A DNA stretch of 28,693 bases from a virus (taxonomy: Duplodnaviria > Caudoviricetes), in the IMG/VR virus record IMGVR_UViG_3300025018_000454, positions 1 through 28,693 of that record; one strand, given 5' to 3'. A model generated the notes under the pieces. That model saw only the letters and a program-made list of their open reading frames with translations. It searched no databases and was not told the DNA's origin. The position numbers and the translations under genes are program-made. How positions within the stretch are numbered: the first letter of the stretch is position 1; each line of letters begins with the position of its first letter. Positions 8,446-18,129 of this stretch are shown here, piece after piece.

Positions 8446-10457
8446 TGGCGACAATGCTGGGTAGCTTGCTTGTGTCGCTGGGGCTGGAAAGCGCGCAATT
8501 TGACCGCAGCCTTGGCAGGGCGAAAAAGAGCATGGCCTCTTTCGGGCGTGGCGCGACACAGATGGGCAAAACCTTGTCTATCGGCATAACCGCCCCACTC
8601 GCTATTTTTGGCAAGACCGCTTTCGATGCTGCAATTCAGAGCCGGGAATCGTTCGCTCAAGTTGAACAGGCGCTTTCGACTATGGGGGGCGCTAGTGGAA
8701 AGACTGCGGAGGAATTAAAGAGAACAGCGGAGCAGCTTCAAACATTCTCAAATTTTGATGATGACGAGATTTTGCAGAAAGTCACTGCAAACCTTTTGAC
8801 GTTTGGCAATATTGCTGGTGATCAGTTTGACCGAGTGCAGCAGGCCGCGGTCGATCTGTCGGAGCGTCGGGGTCAGGACTTGCAAACCTCCACCGTGCTT
8901 CTCGGCAAAGCTCTGAATGATCCGATTGCCGGGATTAGCGCGTTGTCGCGCGTGAGCGTTTCCTTTACCGAAGACCAGAAGAAAATGATCAAGGCGATGG
9001 CCGACGCGGGCGATATCGCAGGGGCGCAGGGACTGATCCTGGATGAGCTTGAAAAGAAATATGGCGGCGCGGCTAAGGCGGCGCGTGATGCTGCGCCGGG
9101 TGGTGACCAGGCGCAGGCTTGGCGTGAGTTGCAAGAGGTTATTGGGGAGCGGCTTGTTGTCGCATTTGAGAAACTCGAAAAAATCGTTACGCCGATTATT
9201 AACTCGTTTTTATCACTAGATAGCGGCACACAAACTACAATTATCGTGATTGCCGCATTGGCAGCGGCGATTGGTCCGGCGCTTATTGTGATCGGGGCGA
9301 TGGCGAGCGGGCTTGGTGCTTTGATTACGATTGGGCCTGCCGTGGCGGCGGCGTTTGCGACTATTAAAGTCGCGGCGCTTGGGTTAATGGCCAATCCGGT
9401 TATCCTTGCTTTTGCAGCGGTGCTTGCTGGCATCGTTTTGGCGTGGCAGAATTGGGATAAAATCCAGCCTGTCATTGACGCGGTGGCTGCGGCTGTGACG
9501 GGCTGGTATAACGATAACGTCAAGCCGATAATGGACGCGGTAATGGATAAGCTTGGCTTTGTAGTTAGCTTTTTCCGTGATTATTTCGCCGCGCAAATCG
9601 AAAACTACATTGGATTGATTAGCTCGCTTTTGCGGGGTGATTTTTCTGGCGCTTGGGAGTTTGCCAAAAGGATTTTTCAAACTGCCGTGTCTGGCATGAT
9701 TGCGGTGGCTAATGAATTTTTCCCCGGCCTGATGCAGATGGGCAAAGACATTATTCGCGGGATTGTCGATGGCATCAAGGCATTGCCGGGGGCAGTGTGG
9801 GATGCGCTGAAGTCAGTAATTGGCTTTGGTGTAGATAAGGCGAGAGAATTTCTAGGCATCAATTCGCCCTCCCTGCTGTTTATGGAATTTGGCAGGAACA
9901 TCGCTCAGGGCTTGGCGATTGGTATTGAGAATGGCAGGGCGCTGGTAGGCGATGCTACGGAAGGGCTTGCGGCTACCGCTGAAAGTGCGGCTGTGGCGGT
10001 CAGCGAAAGCTTTGGGAAAATGGCGGACCGCACTTTGCAGTCGCTTGACCGTATGACGAAAGCTATAAAAGGCGGCGGGTTTCTGGATATTCTGGGTAGT
10101 GTAATTAATCTGGGTTTGCAGCTTGGCGGGATTGGCGCGTTTGGCAAAGGTGTGCAGGGGCGGATTAACGCTAGTGTGCCGGGGTTTGCGAACGGAACTC
10201 GGTTTGCACCGGGGGGCTTGGCAAAAGTGGGTGAGCGCGGGCCGGAGTTGGTGAATTTGCCGAGAGGTTCGCAGGTTATTCCTAACCGTGAATTGTCTGG
10301 CATGGGGGGCGGTAGCATTGCGCAGATCGTGCCATCGCCCTACTTCAATGTAGTAGTCGACGGGCGCATTGTTCAAGCTTCCCCTGCGATCATGCAGGGC
10401 GGGGCCAATGTCGCGCGGTCGCAAATGTCACGTATGCAGAGCCGGAGAGTTGGATGA
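8445..10457 (+). CDS. Tape measure protein
   Basis: 670 aa, Ala/Gly-rich and helical; LGSLLVSLGL N-terminus, LGKALNDP, FLGINSPS, VGERGPELV. Confidence 0.92.
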   Translation: MATMLGSLLVSLGLESAQFDRSLGRAKKSMASFGRGATQMGKTLSIGITAPLAIFGKTAFDAAIQSRESFAQVEQALSTMGGASGKTAEELKRTAEQLQTFSNFDDDEILQKVTANLLTFGNIAGDQFDRVQQAAVDLSERRGQDLQTSTVLLGKALNDPIAGISALSRVSVSFTEDQKKMIKAMADAGDIAGAQGLILDELEKKYGGAAKAARDAAPGGDQAQAWRELQEVIGERLVVAFEKLEKIVTPIINSFLSLDSGTQTTIIVIAALAAAIGPALIVIGAMASGLGALITIGPAVAAAFATIKVAALGLMANPVILAFAAVLAGIVLAWQNWDKIQPVIDAVAAAVTGWYNDNVKPIMDAVMDKLGFVVSFFRDYFAAQIENYIGLISSLLRGDFSGAWEFAKRIFQTAVSGMIAVANEFFPGLMQMGKDIIRGIVDGIKALPGAVWDALKSVIGFGVDKAREFLGINSPSLLFMEFGRNIAQGLAIGIENGRALVGDATEGLAATAESAAVAVSESFGKMADRTLQSLDRMTKAIKGGGFLDILGSVINLGLQLGGIGAFGKGVQGRINASVPGFANGTRFAPGGLAKVGERGPELVNLPRGSQVIPNRELSGMGGGSIAQIVPSPYFNVVVDGRIVQASPAIMQGGANVARSQMSRMQSRRVG

Positions 10458-11041
10458 TTGCCTTGCCCCCCGTGCCAGCTCCTAACGGCGTGACTATGAC
10501 GCAGGTTGACGGCGGACTGATGCAGCGCGGCGCGACTGGCGCGACCATTGATCGTCTTAACCGCGCTGGCAATCATTATTCGGCAAACGTTTCCTTTCCG
10601 CTTATGCATGCCAGCGTTGCACAGGTGTTTGTAAGTCGGTTGCAGCGCGCGATTGGTGAGGTGTTGCGGCTTGAATTGCCGTTATTGGGGGTGAGCCAGG
10701 GTTCGTCCGGTTTTACGTTGGTAGATGGCAATGGGCCGGAAGGAACTAGCTTGCCAATCAGAGGTGGCACGGCTGGTCATTTTGTAAGGGAAGGGTATTG
10801 GCTTAATGTCGGTCCTGCGCTTGGGCCGGTTTATCTACACAATGTCACTACGCCCGTTAGGTTGGGTGCGAGCGGCGAAGGGACGCTGACTATATGGCCT
10901 CCGCTTCGCGCAGTGCTCGGCGATGGAGATCCGGTAAATCTCAAAAACCCGTTTATTGAAGGCTACGTTACCGACATTCAATATGACATGCTTCTAGGTG
11001 ATTTTGTGCAGCTTGGGTTTACGATAGAAGAAAGCGCATGA
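10454..11041 (+). CDS. Putative distal tail protein
   Basis: 195 aa directly after tape measure; ATGA coupling; ends GFTIEESA. Confidence 0.65.
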   Translation: MIALPPVPAPNGVTMTQVDGGLMQRGATGATIDRLNRAGNHYSANVSFPLMHASVAQVFVSRLQRAIGEVLRLELPLLGVSQGSSGFTLVDGNGPEGTSLPIRGGTAGHFVREGYWLNVGPALGPVYLHNVTTPVRLGASGEGTLTIWPPLRAVLGDGDPVNLKNPFIEGYVTDIQYDMLLGDFVQLGFTIEESA

Positions 11042-11628
11042 ACGGCTTTATCGGCCTTCTGCGGATTGACTTTCCTGATCGCACCGTGCGCCTGTGTGAT
11101 GGTGGCTTTATCACGTTCGACGGCGGGACATTCACGGCGCGGGATAGCGTGTTAGGTTCGATTGCCAGCATTGACAGTATGAGTGAGGGTGCAAGCGGAG
11201 AAATCCCGGCGCTGGATATAACGTTCAATCCGCCGGGGCCGGTGGCATTTACGGCATTGACCGCAGGGGCTTTGCAGCGTTCGCAAGTTCGGCTTTGGCT
11301 GGCAGAATATAACGTGGCTACGAACGCGGTTGTCGGCACTCATGACCTGCTTTTCCTTGGGCAGCTTGACCAACCTTCGATCCGATATTCTCGGACGGAA
11401 TACGGCATTTCGATTAGCTGCGTATCGCAAGCTGAGTGGTTTTTTGAATTGGACACAGGCAACGGGCTTTCCGATACGGAGCATCAGGAACGCTATCCGG
11501 GTGATTTGGGCCATGCCAATGCGACGGGCTTGCAGGTCGCTACCGCGTGGGGCATTGCGGGGCCGGTTAATGGCGGGGGCGGTGGTTTCGGAGGCGGGGG
11601 CGGTAGGTCGCTGGAGAATGCCCGATGA
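11038..11628 (+). CDS. Minor tail / tail hub protein
   Basis: RLCDGG, HQERYPGDLG motif, Gly-rich end; synteny. Confidence 0.65.
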   Translation: MNGFIGLLRIDFPDRTVRLCDGGFITFDGGTFTARDSVLGSIASIDSMSEGASGEIPALDITFNPPGPVAFTALTAGALQRSQVRLWLAEYNVATNAVVGTHDLLFLGQLDQPSIRYSRTEYGISISCVSQAEWFFELDTGNGLSDTEHQERYPGDLGHANATGLQVATAWGIAGPVNGGGGGFGGGGGRSLENAR

Positions 11629-12041
11629 AAGAGCTGGACCGCCGCGCTCTTGCTGTCAGGAATACGCAATCGCGATTTGAGGGCAAGCCGTTCGACTGGA
11701 CCAGAGCCGCAACGTGCATTCATCTTGTGCGGTTTCATGCCCGCCAGATGGGGCATAGTGTGCCAACGGTTCCACGGTTCCGCAGCGCATTGACTGCGCG
11801 CCGGATTTTGAACGACATGGGGCATGATAGCCTTGTGTCACTTATGGATGCGCACTTTGAACGTATCGCGCCTGCATTTTGCCGGGTTGGCGATGTTATG
11901 GCGTTGCCCGGTGATGGTAACTTTGACGCAATTGTGATAAGAGCGGGGGTGAGTAAATGGATCGGGTGGCATGAGGACGCGCCCGGTTGCACTGTAATTA
12001 GTGCCGACATGAGCGCGGCTATAGGGGCTTGGCGACTGTGA
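11625..12041 (+). CDS. Tail assembly protein, NlpC/P60-like (DUF6950-like)
   Basis: KPFDW...TCIHL with candidate catalytic Cys, RVGDV, ends GAWRL; lambda gpK position. Confidence 0.7.
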   Translation: MKELDRRALAVRNTQSRFEGKPFDWTRAATCIHLVRFHARQMGHSVPTVPRFRSALTARRILNDMGHDSLVSLMDAHFERIAPAFCRVGDVMALPGDGNFDAIVIRAGVSKWIGWHEDAPGCTVISADMSAAIGAWRL

Positions 12042-13912
12042 GTAAGGTTCTTCGAACGGTTGGTGTTGCGCTTGGCGCTGTTGCCCTTGCCGCGACGGGC
12101 CTTGGCGCTGTTGGTGTGCTTGCTGCTGGTGCAAAGATTGGAGCGATTGCGGGATTTGCTGCCGGCGTAGCCAATATAGGCACACAGCTTACAGCGCCTA
12201 AGCCTGTTGCGCGGGGCTCTATCACACAAACAATCATTGCAGCGGAACCGCCTAGGCCATTTTTGCTAGGGCGCACGTATTTTGCAGGCGTGAGGCGGCA
12301 TCAAACGGGATATGGCGCGACCCGCAAGAAGGTGCCAAACCCCTATCTTTGGATGGTGGACGTCTATTCTGGCGTGGGGCCAGTTCACGCACTGGTGGAG
12401 CCGCAATTCGATTTTAAGCCTATCGGTTTATATTATAACGGGTTTTTTGGCTATGACAGCCAGTTAGGCGCAACGCCTGAAGCTACGGCACTCGTCCCTC
12501 CATTGAACGCGCCTGCTGGCAATTGGACAAGCGCGCACAAGTTAAGCGGTAATGCGGCTATCGGCTGGAACCTGCTGTTTGACAAAGACGGGGAACGCTA
12601 CTCCAGCGGTATCCCTGTCACCGGGGCAATTTGGGATGGTAACCTTGTATATGACCCACGCTTGGATAGCACTCGCCCCGGCGGTTCGGGGTTATGTCGC
12701 TTGGGTGACGAAAGCACTTATGTCTATGACCCTTCCCCGGCGCTCTATTCTGGCACCTATGCCTTCGGGTATTATAATAACGGCGTAAAGGTCATGGGAC
12801 TTGGCGTCCCTGACGATGGGATTGATTGGGTATCTGTGGCGGCGTGGGCGAATGATTGCGATGTAAACAATTGGACGTGTTCTGGCGTTATCTTTGAAGG
12901 CGGGCCGGATGCTGGGCCGGGACAGCGCAAGCGCAACCTTGATGACATTTGTGCGGCGGGTGCAGGCCGGTGGCTTATGGCTGGGGCGGTATTGTCGTTC
13001 GACTGGCAGCGCCCGCGTGTGGCCTTGGCCACGTTTACCGACAGCGACATTGACGAGGATGGTGGCGATTTAATCACGCTGCAATCGCACCGCGATAGGT
13101 TTAATGCCGTGCGTCCTCAATTCACTGACCCTGCGAGCAATTGGCAGCTTGTCACGGCTTCGGCTATTGATGGCAGCACCTATCAGACCGAGGACGGGGA
13201 AAGGAAGGTTCGGGCTTGGCCGCTTAATCTGGTGGCTGATAAGGATCAGGCCGGACAGGTGGCAACATATGCTTTAGCGGACAGCCGAGAGGTTGGGCCT
13301 ATTACGCTTACGTTCGGGCCTGCATGGCGTGAATATCGACCGGGCGATTGCCTGCGGTGGCAAAGCGAAGAAACCGGCTTTGTTGGTGATCTGGTTATCG
13401 TGTCGCGTTCGTTTGATCCCGGCACTTTGAAAGTGACGTTTACCTTCAAAGGCGAGACAGCGGCCAAGCATAATTTTGCGATGGGCAAGACTGCATTCCC
13501 GCCTCCCACTGCTATTATTGGGCAAACTGGTGAAGAACGGGACGCGGTGGCATCAGACACGATTAACCCGCGTGGTGCGTATCGCATTCTCACCTATGTC
13601 CCGGCGTTCCCTGTCACTGGTGGGGATGACAGCATAACTATCGTCGCGTTTTCTGGAACGCTGGATGACGGACGTGTTGTTAGCTTCCCCGCCCATACAG
13701 AAAGCAGCCTTACGGCCAATTCGTTCTTTTCGGTGTTTTGGGATTTGATTGACGAGGTATATCTCGTTGTGCCAGCCCCCGGCACAACGCAGATGACTAA
13801 CAGGCGTTACGTTTTCGTATCGGCGCAATCGACGAGCACAAGCGGCACGTTCCCTACCGGGCCTACCCCGCCTGCTGGTGGCACTTATGACCCTAACTTT
13901 CAGGAGCCTTGA
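12038..13912 (+). CDS. Tail tip attachment / central tail protein (gpJ-like)
   Basis: GTG start overlapping the previous TGA; hydrophobic N-terminus, VYDPRLDST, IDW, PGDCL motifs. Confidence 0.8.
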   Translation: MSKVLRTVGVALGAVALAATGLGAVGVLAAGAKIGAIAGFAAGVANIGTQLTAPKPVARGSITQTIIAAEPPRPFLLGRTYFAGVRRHQTGYGATRKKVPNPYLWMVDVYSGVGPVHALVEPQFDFKPIGLYYNGFFGYDSQLGATPEATALVPPLNAPAGNWTSAHKLSGNAAIGWNLLFDKDGERYSSGIPVTGAIWDGNLVYDPRLDSTRPGGSGLCRLGDESTYVYDPSPALYSGTYAFGYYNNGVKVMGLGVPDDGIDWVSVAAWANDCDVNNWTCSGVIFEGGPDAGPGQRKRNLDDICAAGAGRWLMAGAVLSFDWQRPRVALATFTDSDIDEDGGDLITLQSHRDRFNAVRPQFTDPASNWQLVTASAIDGSTYQTEDGERKVRAWPLNLVADKDQAGQVATYALADSREVGPITLTFGPAWREYRPGDCLRWQSEETGFVGDLVIVSRSFDPGTLKVTFTFKGETAAKHNFAMGKTAFPPPTAIIGQTGEERDAVASDTINPRGAYRILTYVPAFPVTGGDDSITIVAFSGTLDDGRVVSFPAHTESSLTANSFFSVFWDLIDEVYLVVPAPGTTQMTNRRYVFVSAQSTSTSGTFPTGPTPPAGGTYDPNFQEP

Positions 13913-13915
13913 CAC

Positions 13916-14317
13916 ATGACTGTCCCTTTTCCCGAATGGCTTTTGACACTTGGGACGCGGCGTGCCGACTTGCCCCCTGCTGTGCGCGGCCAGCGAATGT
14001 CACACACATTGACCTACCCAGCCAACGTCACAACCGCCACGCTACAAGGGTCTGTAAAGTCGTCCCCTGATGCGACGGCGGAGTTGGCCGTTTTCACCGT
14101 TGGCGTCCCGGTTTTCGCTGATGGCGTGACGACGTGGGAGTTTAGCCTTGCTGCGGGTGATGGTGTTAACTCGACTGGCATACTTCCTGCTGACAACGAC
14201 GGTGACGGTTTAGAAATTCTGATCTACGATTTGATTTTGACACTTGCGGGCGGATCTGCGGAACGCATCGCAGGTGGTCTTTTTACTGTTTCTGGTTTTG
14301 TGACGGAGTCTGTATAA
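13916..14317 (+). CDS. Hypothetical baseplate/fibre adaptor protein
   Basis: 133 aa beta-rich; CAGGAG RBS; YDLILT..G..ERIAGG.F.V resembles BppU-like adaptors. Confidence 0.55.
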   Translation: MTVPFPEWLLTLGTRRADLPPAVRGQRMSHTLTYPANVTTATLQGSVKSSPDATAELAVFTVGVPVFADGVTTWEFSLAAGDGVNSTGILPADNDGDGLEILIYDLILTLAGGSAERIAGGLFTVSGFVTESV

Positions 14318-16083
14318 TGGCGAATATCGCAGTTTCTGTTATCGACGGCACAGTTATTGGCGTCCAGTTGGGTGAGAGCACTGCTGCTGCTGCTGTTTTT
14401 GCTGCGACGGCTTCGGGCGCTGCGGCGGTTGCTGTCGAAGCGGGTGCATTCGCAGAGGAGTTCTCCGGTCCCGCGTATGAGACTATTGCGAACGGCGAAG
14501 CGGCGACCACGACCGGCCATTTCTTCCGCGTATCGAACGGCGACACACCCCGCACCTACACGCGGTATCAGCGCACGGCGGGAGGCTCTGTTGTCGCTGC
14601 ATCACTGGCTACTTCCACAGACCTAGCCAGCGCCGATGGTGCTGCAATGATTGGACTTCGGGACGGTTCAACCGTTGCAGACGTTATAGCATCGGCGGAT
14701 GTCACGCTTTATGTCGATCCTGCGGGCAACGACACGACCGGAACCGGGTCATTGGCAACACCTTTTGCCACCCCTCAAAAGGCTTTGGATTCTCTTGCAG
14801 AATTAACCCGGCGCACCAGCGCAGTGATCGAAGTGGCGGCGGGCACTTACAGCACCTCATCGCGTGCTGCCGCAAGCATGGACCGCCCTGCTGTGGTTTA
14901 CATCGACGGGTTAAAGATCGGCAAGCGCACGGCGCAATCGGGAACAACGCTGTCAGGCGGGCTGGTTATCAAACTGGCAGCGGGCGCTAAGATCACTCCG
15001 AACGCGACCTATCCGCGCGGGATTTACGTTACCGGCCATTCTGGATCGGTTGGCATTGTCGGCGGTGAAATCGAAGCGGCGGCGGGTGCGGAAAGCCTGA
15101 TTGTGGCGCATCGCGGTTCCTACGTCCACGTTCGTGACACGGTTTGCGATGGAAACGGCATTGCGCAGCTTGGCCTCGTGGCCGAGGCCGGGGGGTATCT
15201 GGAATCCATTAATGTGACCGCAACGGGCAGCGTCGCGGATGCAACCGCCTTTTATAACAGCGTTGTTCAAATGGCGGCTCCATCCGGGACTTCCACTGTA
15301 GGCAATGTTAGCGCGGGCGGTGCGGGTATTATCAGCCTTGCAAGCGGGATGTCCTGCACCGGCACTATTATATCTCGCGGGGGATTTATAGACATGACTG
15401 GCACGACTTCCCTGCCTGTCCTGTTTTCCGGTAATTATGATGGGCAAGGCGGGCAGTTAACTGGCGCGAATGTCCGGTTTACCAACGCAGCATCCTCAAT
15501 CGTGCCTGTCGGTGAGATTTGGAAAGTGGACAACCTTCACTCCAACGCTGCCGTTAATCTTCGCGGCGGTATTGCAAGGCTAAACGGATTTCAATCTTTC
15601 GTCGCACCCGCCACGCAATCGACCCACGCCCAACCGCTCCGACGACTGGATGATGCGAAGGTTACTTTCTCATCAAACCTAAACAACCTAAACAATGCGG
15701 GGTTGGTTCTAGGGCCTGATCTGGCACCCTACATATTTAACGTCAGTGCTGACAGCACGGTAATCCCGATTTCACTAAACGGGCAAAATCCGCAGGTGGT
15801 CCAGCTTAACAACATCAAGGGCTCGCTTGCCACTGGCTGCACTTTGTCTTTGGATATTTCAGGCTGGCTTGCCGGGACACGTATTCCTAACGGCCAGCTT
15901 CTTACTGTCGCCAACCTGGGCGGGAACGGTGTGCAAATAATTCACGGTTCGACGCTGGTAGGGCTAAATAGCTCGTCCATTACCATCGGGGCCACGACAG
16001 GGCAGGTTCGCTCTGTTACCTTCGTTTATCTGACTGGATACGGCAAGTGGATGCCCGTTTCTTTCGGGCAGGTGGTCGCATGA
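14317..16083 (+). CDS. Tailspike / receptor-binding protein, probable beta-helix
   Basis: 588 aa; N-terminal anchor, DLASADGAAMIG linker, LYVDPAGND..G.GS..PFAT.QKALD and IEVAAGTY beta-helix entry motifs; G/S/T/N-rich body. Confidence 0.8.
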   Translation: MANIAVSVIDGTVIGVQLGESTAAAAVFAATASGAAAVAVEAGAFAEEFSGPAYETIANGEAATTTGHFFRVSNGDTPRTYTRYQRTAGGSVVAASLATSTDLASADGAAMIGLRDGSTVADVIASADVTLYVDPAGNDTTGTGSLATPFATPQKALDSLAELTRRTSAVIEVAAGTYSTSSRAAASMDRPAVVYIDGLKIGKRTAQSGTTLSGGLVIKLAAGAKITPNATYPRGIYVTGHSGSVGIVGGEIEAAAGAESLIVAHRGSYVHVRDTVCDGNGIAQLGLVAEAGGYLESINVTATGSVADATAFYNSVVQMAAPSGTSTVGNVSAGGAGIISLASGMSCTGTIISRGGFIDMTGTTSLPVLFSGNYDGQGGQLTGANVRFTNAASSIVPVGEIWKVDNLHSNAAVNLRGGIARLNGFQSFVAPATQSTHAQPLRRLDDAKVTFSSNLNNLNNAGLVLGPDLAPYIFNVSADSTVIPISLNGQNPQVVQLNNIKGSLATGCTLSLDISGWLAGTRIPNGQLLTVANLGGNGVQIIHGSTLVGLNSSSITIGATTGQVRSVTFVYLTGYGKWMPVSFGQVVA

Positions 16084-16127
16084 CCCCGATCGCCAACCGC
16101 CTTGCTCACCTGGGGAGACACGCATGA
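16080..16127 (+). CDS. 15-aa mini-ORF MTPIANRLAHLGRHA
   Basis: ATGA overlaps with both flanking ORFs; not in the ORF track. Confidence 0.3.
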   Translation: MTPIANRLAHLGRHA

Positions 16128-16240
16128 AAACTGAATACCAAAATTACAAAGGCACTCAGCGCAAAGCTATCAGCAACAACGCAGCCACTGCCAACGCCGA
16201 TGCGTGGCATGTTGGCGCAAACTTCACGCAGGCCCCGTGA
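16124..16240 (+). CDS. 38-aa small ORF MKTEYQNYKG...WHVGANFTQAP
   Basis: GGGGAG RBS; TGATG coupling to next gene; not in the ORF track. Confidence 0.5.
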   Translation: MKTEYQNYKGTQRKAISNNAATANADAWHVGANFTQAP

Positions 16241-16491
16241 TGCCCCCGGAACTGGAAAGAAAAAGTATGGTTCGAGCAGAATGGATCGCAGCCATCGCAA
16301 TTTCGCTCAATCTCCTCACGCTCGTCTTTGGCGGCGGGGCGTTCTGGCAAACGGTTCAAGATCACGAGCGCCGGATTGTTGCCGAAGAAAAAAAAAGTGA
16401 GGCGCTGATTCCTCGGATTGAGCGAATTGACGCCAACGTTCAAATTCTGGCCGAACAAGCGCGGGAGCAACGCGAAAGGAACAGGCGATGA
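16240..16491 (+). CDS. Single-TM coiled-coil membrane protein (holin/antiholin-like)
   Basis: WIAAIAISLNLLTLVFGGGAFW hydrophobic segment then coiled coil; directly before the endolysin. Confidence 0.65.
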   Translation: MPPELERKSMVRAEWIAAIAISLNLLTLVFGGGAFWQTVQDHERRIVAEEKKSEALIPRIERIDANVQILAEQAREQRERNRR

Positions 16492-17267
16492 ACATTCGAG
16501 AATTGCAGCTCGAGCTGAAACGGCGCGGGTTTGATCCCGGTTCGGTTGACGGAATCCGGGGACCAAAGACCGATGCAGCGATCATCGCTTTCAAACAATC
16601 GGTTGGGCTGGAGGCCCGATCCTATGTTGGCCCCAAGACGCTCGCGGCGATGGGCCTGCCATCGGAATCGGCGCAGCGCACTTCGTTCGTTAACCTGCAA
16701 GCGCCAGCTCTGTCTCCGTCCGACAAGATCAGGGCAGCTGAAAATCTGGGTGTGTCGATCAATCACATTAACATGCTGCTGAAAGTTGAAAGCGGGGGCA
16801 AGTCGTTTGATGACAAAGGCCGTCCGATCATCCTGTTTGAGCCGCATATCTTTCACCGCCGCACCGGGGGCGTCTGGTCGCCTTCCTTTTACAGTTACAG
16901 CAAGTGGGGGGGCAAACCCTATCCCAAGTCATTTGACGGGCGCTGGCAGCAACTAGAGGCGGCGGCAACCCGCAACCGTGTGGCCGCGCTGGAAAGCGCA
17001 TCGTGGGGCTTATTTCAAGTTATGGGCTTCCACTGGCAGGCGCTCGGCTATGCGAGCGTTAACGCCTTCGCATCGGCCATGACGGACGGTGAGCCGGAGC
17101 AACTGGACGCGATGGTGCGCTACATCACCGTCAACAAACTCAGAGAGGCGCTACAGGTATGCAAAGCCGGTGATCCCGATAGTTGTCGCGCCTTTGCCAA
17201 GGGCTACAACGGCGGCGGATACGCCAAGAACGACTACCACACCAAAATGGCGAGAGCGCTGGCATGA
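16488..17267 (+). CDS. Modular endolysin: PG-binding domain plus DUF3380-type N-acetylmuramidase
   Basis: LQ..L...GFDPG.VDG..GP.T..AI.AF N-terminus; VESGG, ILFEPHIF, SASWGLFQVMGFHW, FAKGYNG. Confidence 0.93.
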   Translation: MNIRELQLELKRRGFDPGSVDGIRGPKTDAAIIAFKQSVGLEARSYVGPKTLAAMGLPSESAQRTSFVNLQAPALSPSDKIRAAENLGVSINHINMLLKVESGGKSFDDKGRPIILFEPHIFHRRTGGVWSPSFYSYSKWGGKPYPKSFDGRWQQLEAAATRNRVAALESASWGLFQVMGFHWQALGYASVNAFASAMTDGEPEQLDAMVRYITVNKLREALQVCKAGDPDSCRAFAKGYNGGGYAKNDYHTKMARALA

Positions 17268-17557
17268 AGTTCCCCGACATCGCCACAGAAGCTGGTCGCC
17301 GCGCTTGGGCGTTCCTTGCAGTCATGGGCGGGGCGATGGTGTTTACTGCAATAAACATCTGGATACTTTGGATGCTTCGCAACCACGAGGGATTCTTGTT
17401 CTATCTCGGCCTTGCCGGTCACATTCAGATACTTGTCGGAATGACTGCACTTGGTTGGGCGATGGGGCGGAGATTGAACGTAAACGCGGGACGAGACGGC
17501 GTGACGATCAATGACAGCCACAACATTGATGTTAATGCAGGAGATACTGATGCTTAA
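17264..17557 (+). CDS. Putative holin (2 TM segments)
   Basis: ATGA overlap with endolysin stop; two hydrophobic segments and a hydrophilic tail. Confidence 0.65.
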   Translation: MKFPDIATEAGRRAWAFLAVMGGAMVFTAINIWILWMLRNHEGFLFYLGLAGHIQILVGMTALGWAMGRRLNVNAGRDGVTINDSHNIDVNAGDTDA

Positions 17558-17924
17558 AGGACTTACACCGCTTGCCTTCAAGTTTGTCGTCGGGCTTGTT
17601 CTGGCCCTTCTGTTTGTCGGTATCCTTACCGTCCAATCGTGCAACAGCGCTAAGACCGCTAAGACCGAAGCCCGCCTGTCGGAGAACCAGAGCGAAGCCG
17701 CTTTGGCAAGTGGGGCTGATGCAGTCGAAACCCTGGGTGATCAGTCTGGCCGCGAAGACCAGACGGATGCCTTAACAAGGAGCAACTCTGATGCGATACG
17801 AAAAGCCCCCGGCGCGGGTGACGCCGTTAATCCTGATCTTGACGCTCTTGCTCGTGAGCGGTTGTGCCGCTACACCGTCTATCTTAAGCACCCCGACTGC
17901 GTGTTCGACGCTACTGCCGACTGA
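17550..17924 (+). CDS. Putative i-spanin (Rz-like)
   Basis: CAGGAG RBS, N-terminal TM segment, helical body, two C-terminal Cys; overlapped by a lipoprotein ORF. Confidence 0.7.
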   Translation: MLKGLTPLAFKFVVGLVLALLFVGILTVQSCNSAKTAKTEARLSENQSEAALASGADAVETLGDQSGREDQTDALTRSNSDAIRKAPGAGDAVNPDLDALARERLCRYTVYLKHPDCVFDATAD

Positions 17925-18129
17925 ATGGCGCGAGGGGGTTCAGGGCGCGGACTTGCCGCAAAGCGCCACCGTTGGCGACTGGATTGCGTTCGCAGGCTCT
18001 CAGACCGGACAACTGGAAAAGTCCAACGACCGCTACTCCGCAGCCGTTGGTATCGTTGAACGCTGCGAAGAACGCGACAAGCAGGCCGTCCAACGCGCGC
18101 GTTCTCGATTCTTCGGAGTATTCAAATGA
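17791..18129 (+). CDS. Putative o-spanin lipoprotein (Rz1-like)
   Basis: Signal peptide with lipobox LVSG-C; overlaps the 3' third of the i-spanin in another frame. Confidence 0.72.
   Translation: MRYEKPPARVTPLILILTLLLVSGCAATPSILSTPTACSTLLPTEWREGVQGADLPQSATVGDWIAFAGSQTGQLEKSNDRYSAAVGIVERCEERDKQAVQRARSRFFGVFK

Noticed and set aside
1-16083. Gene transfer agent cluster
   Set aside because: Linked primase-helicase, origin, HNH/cos region and early genes indicate a self-replicating phage
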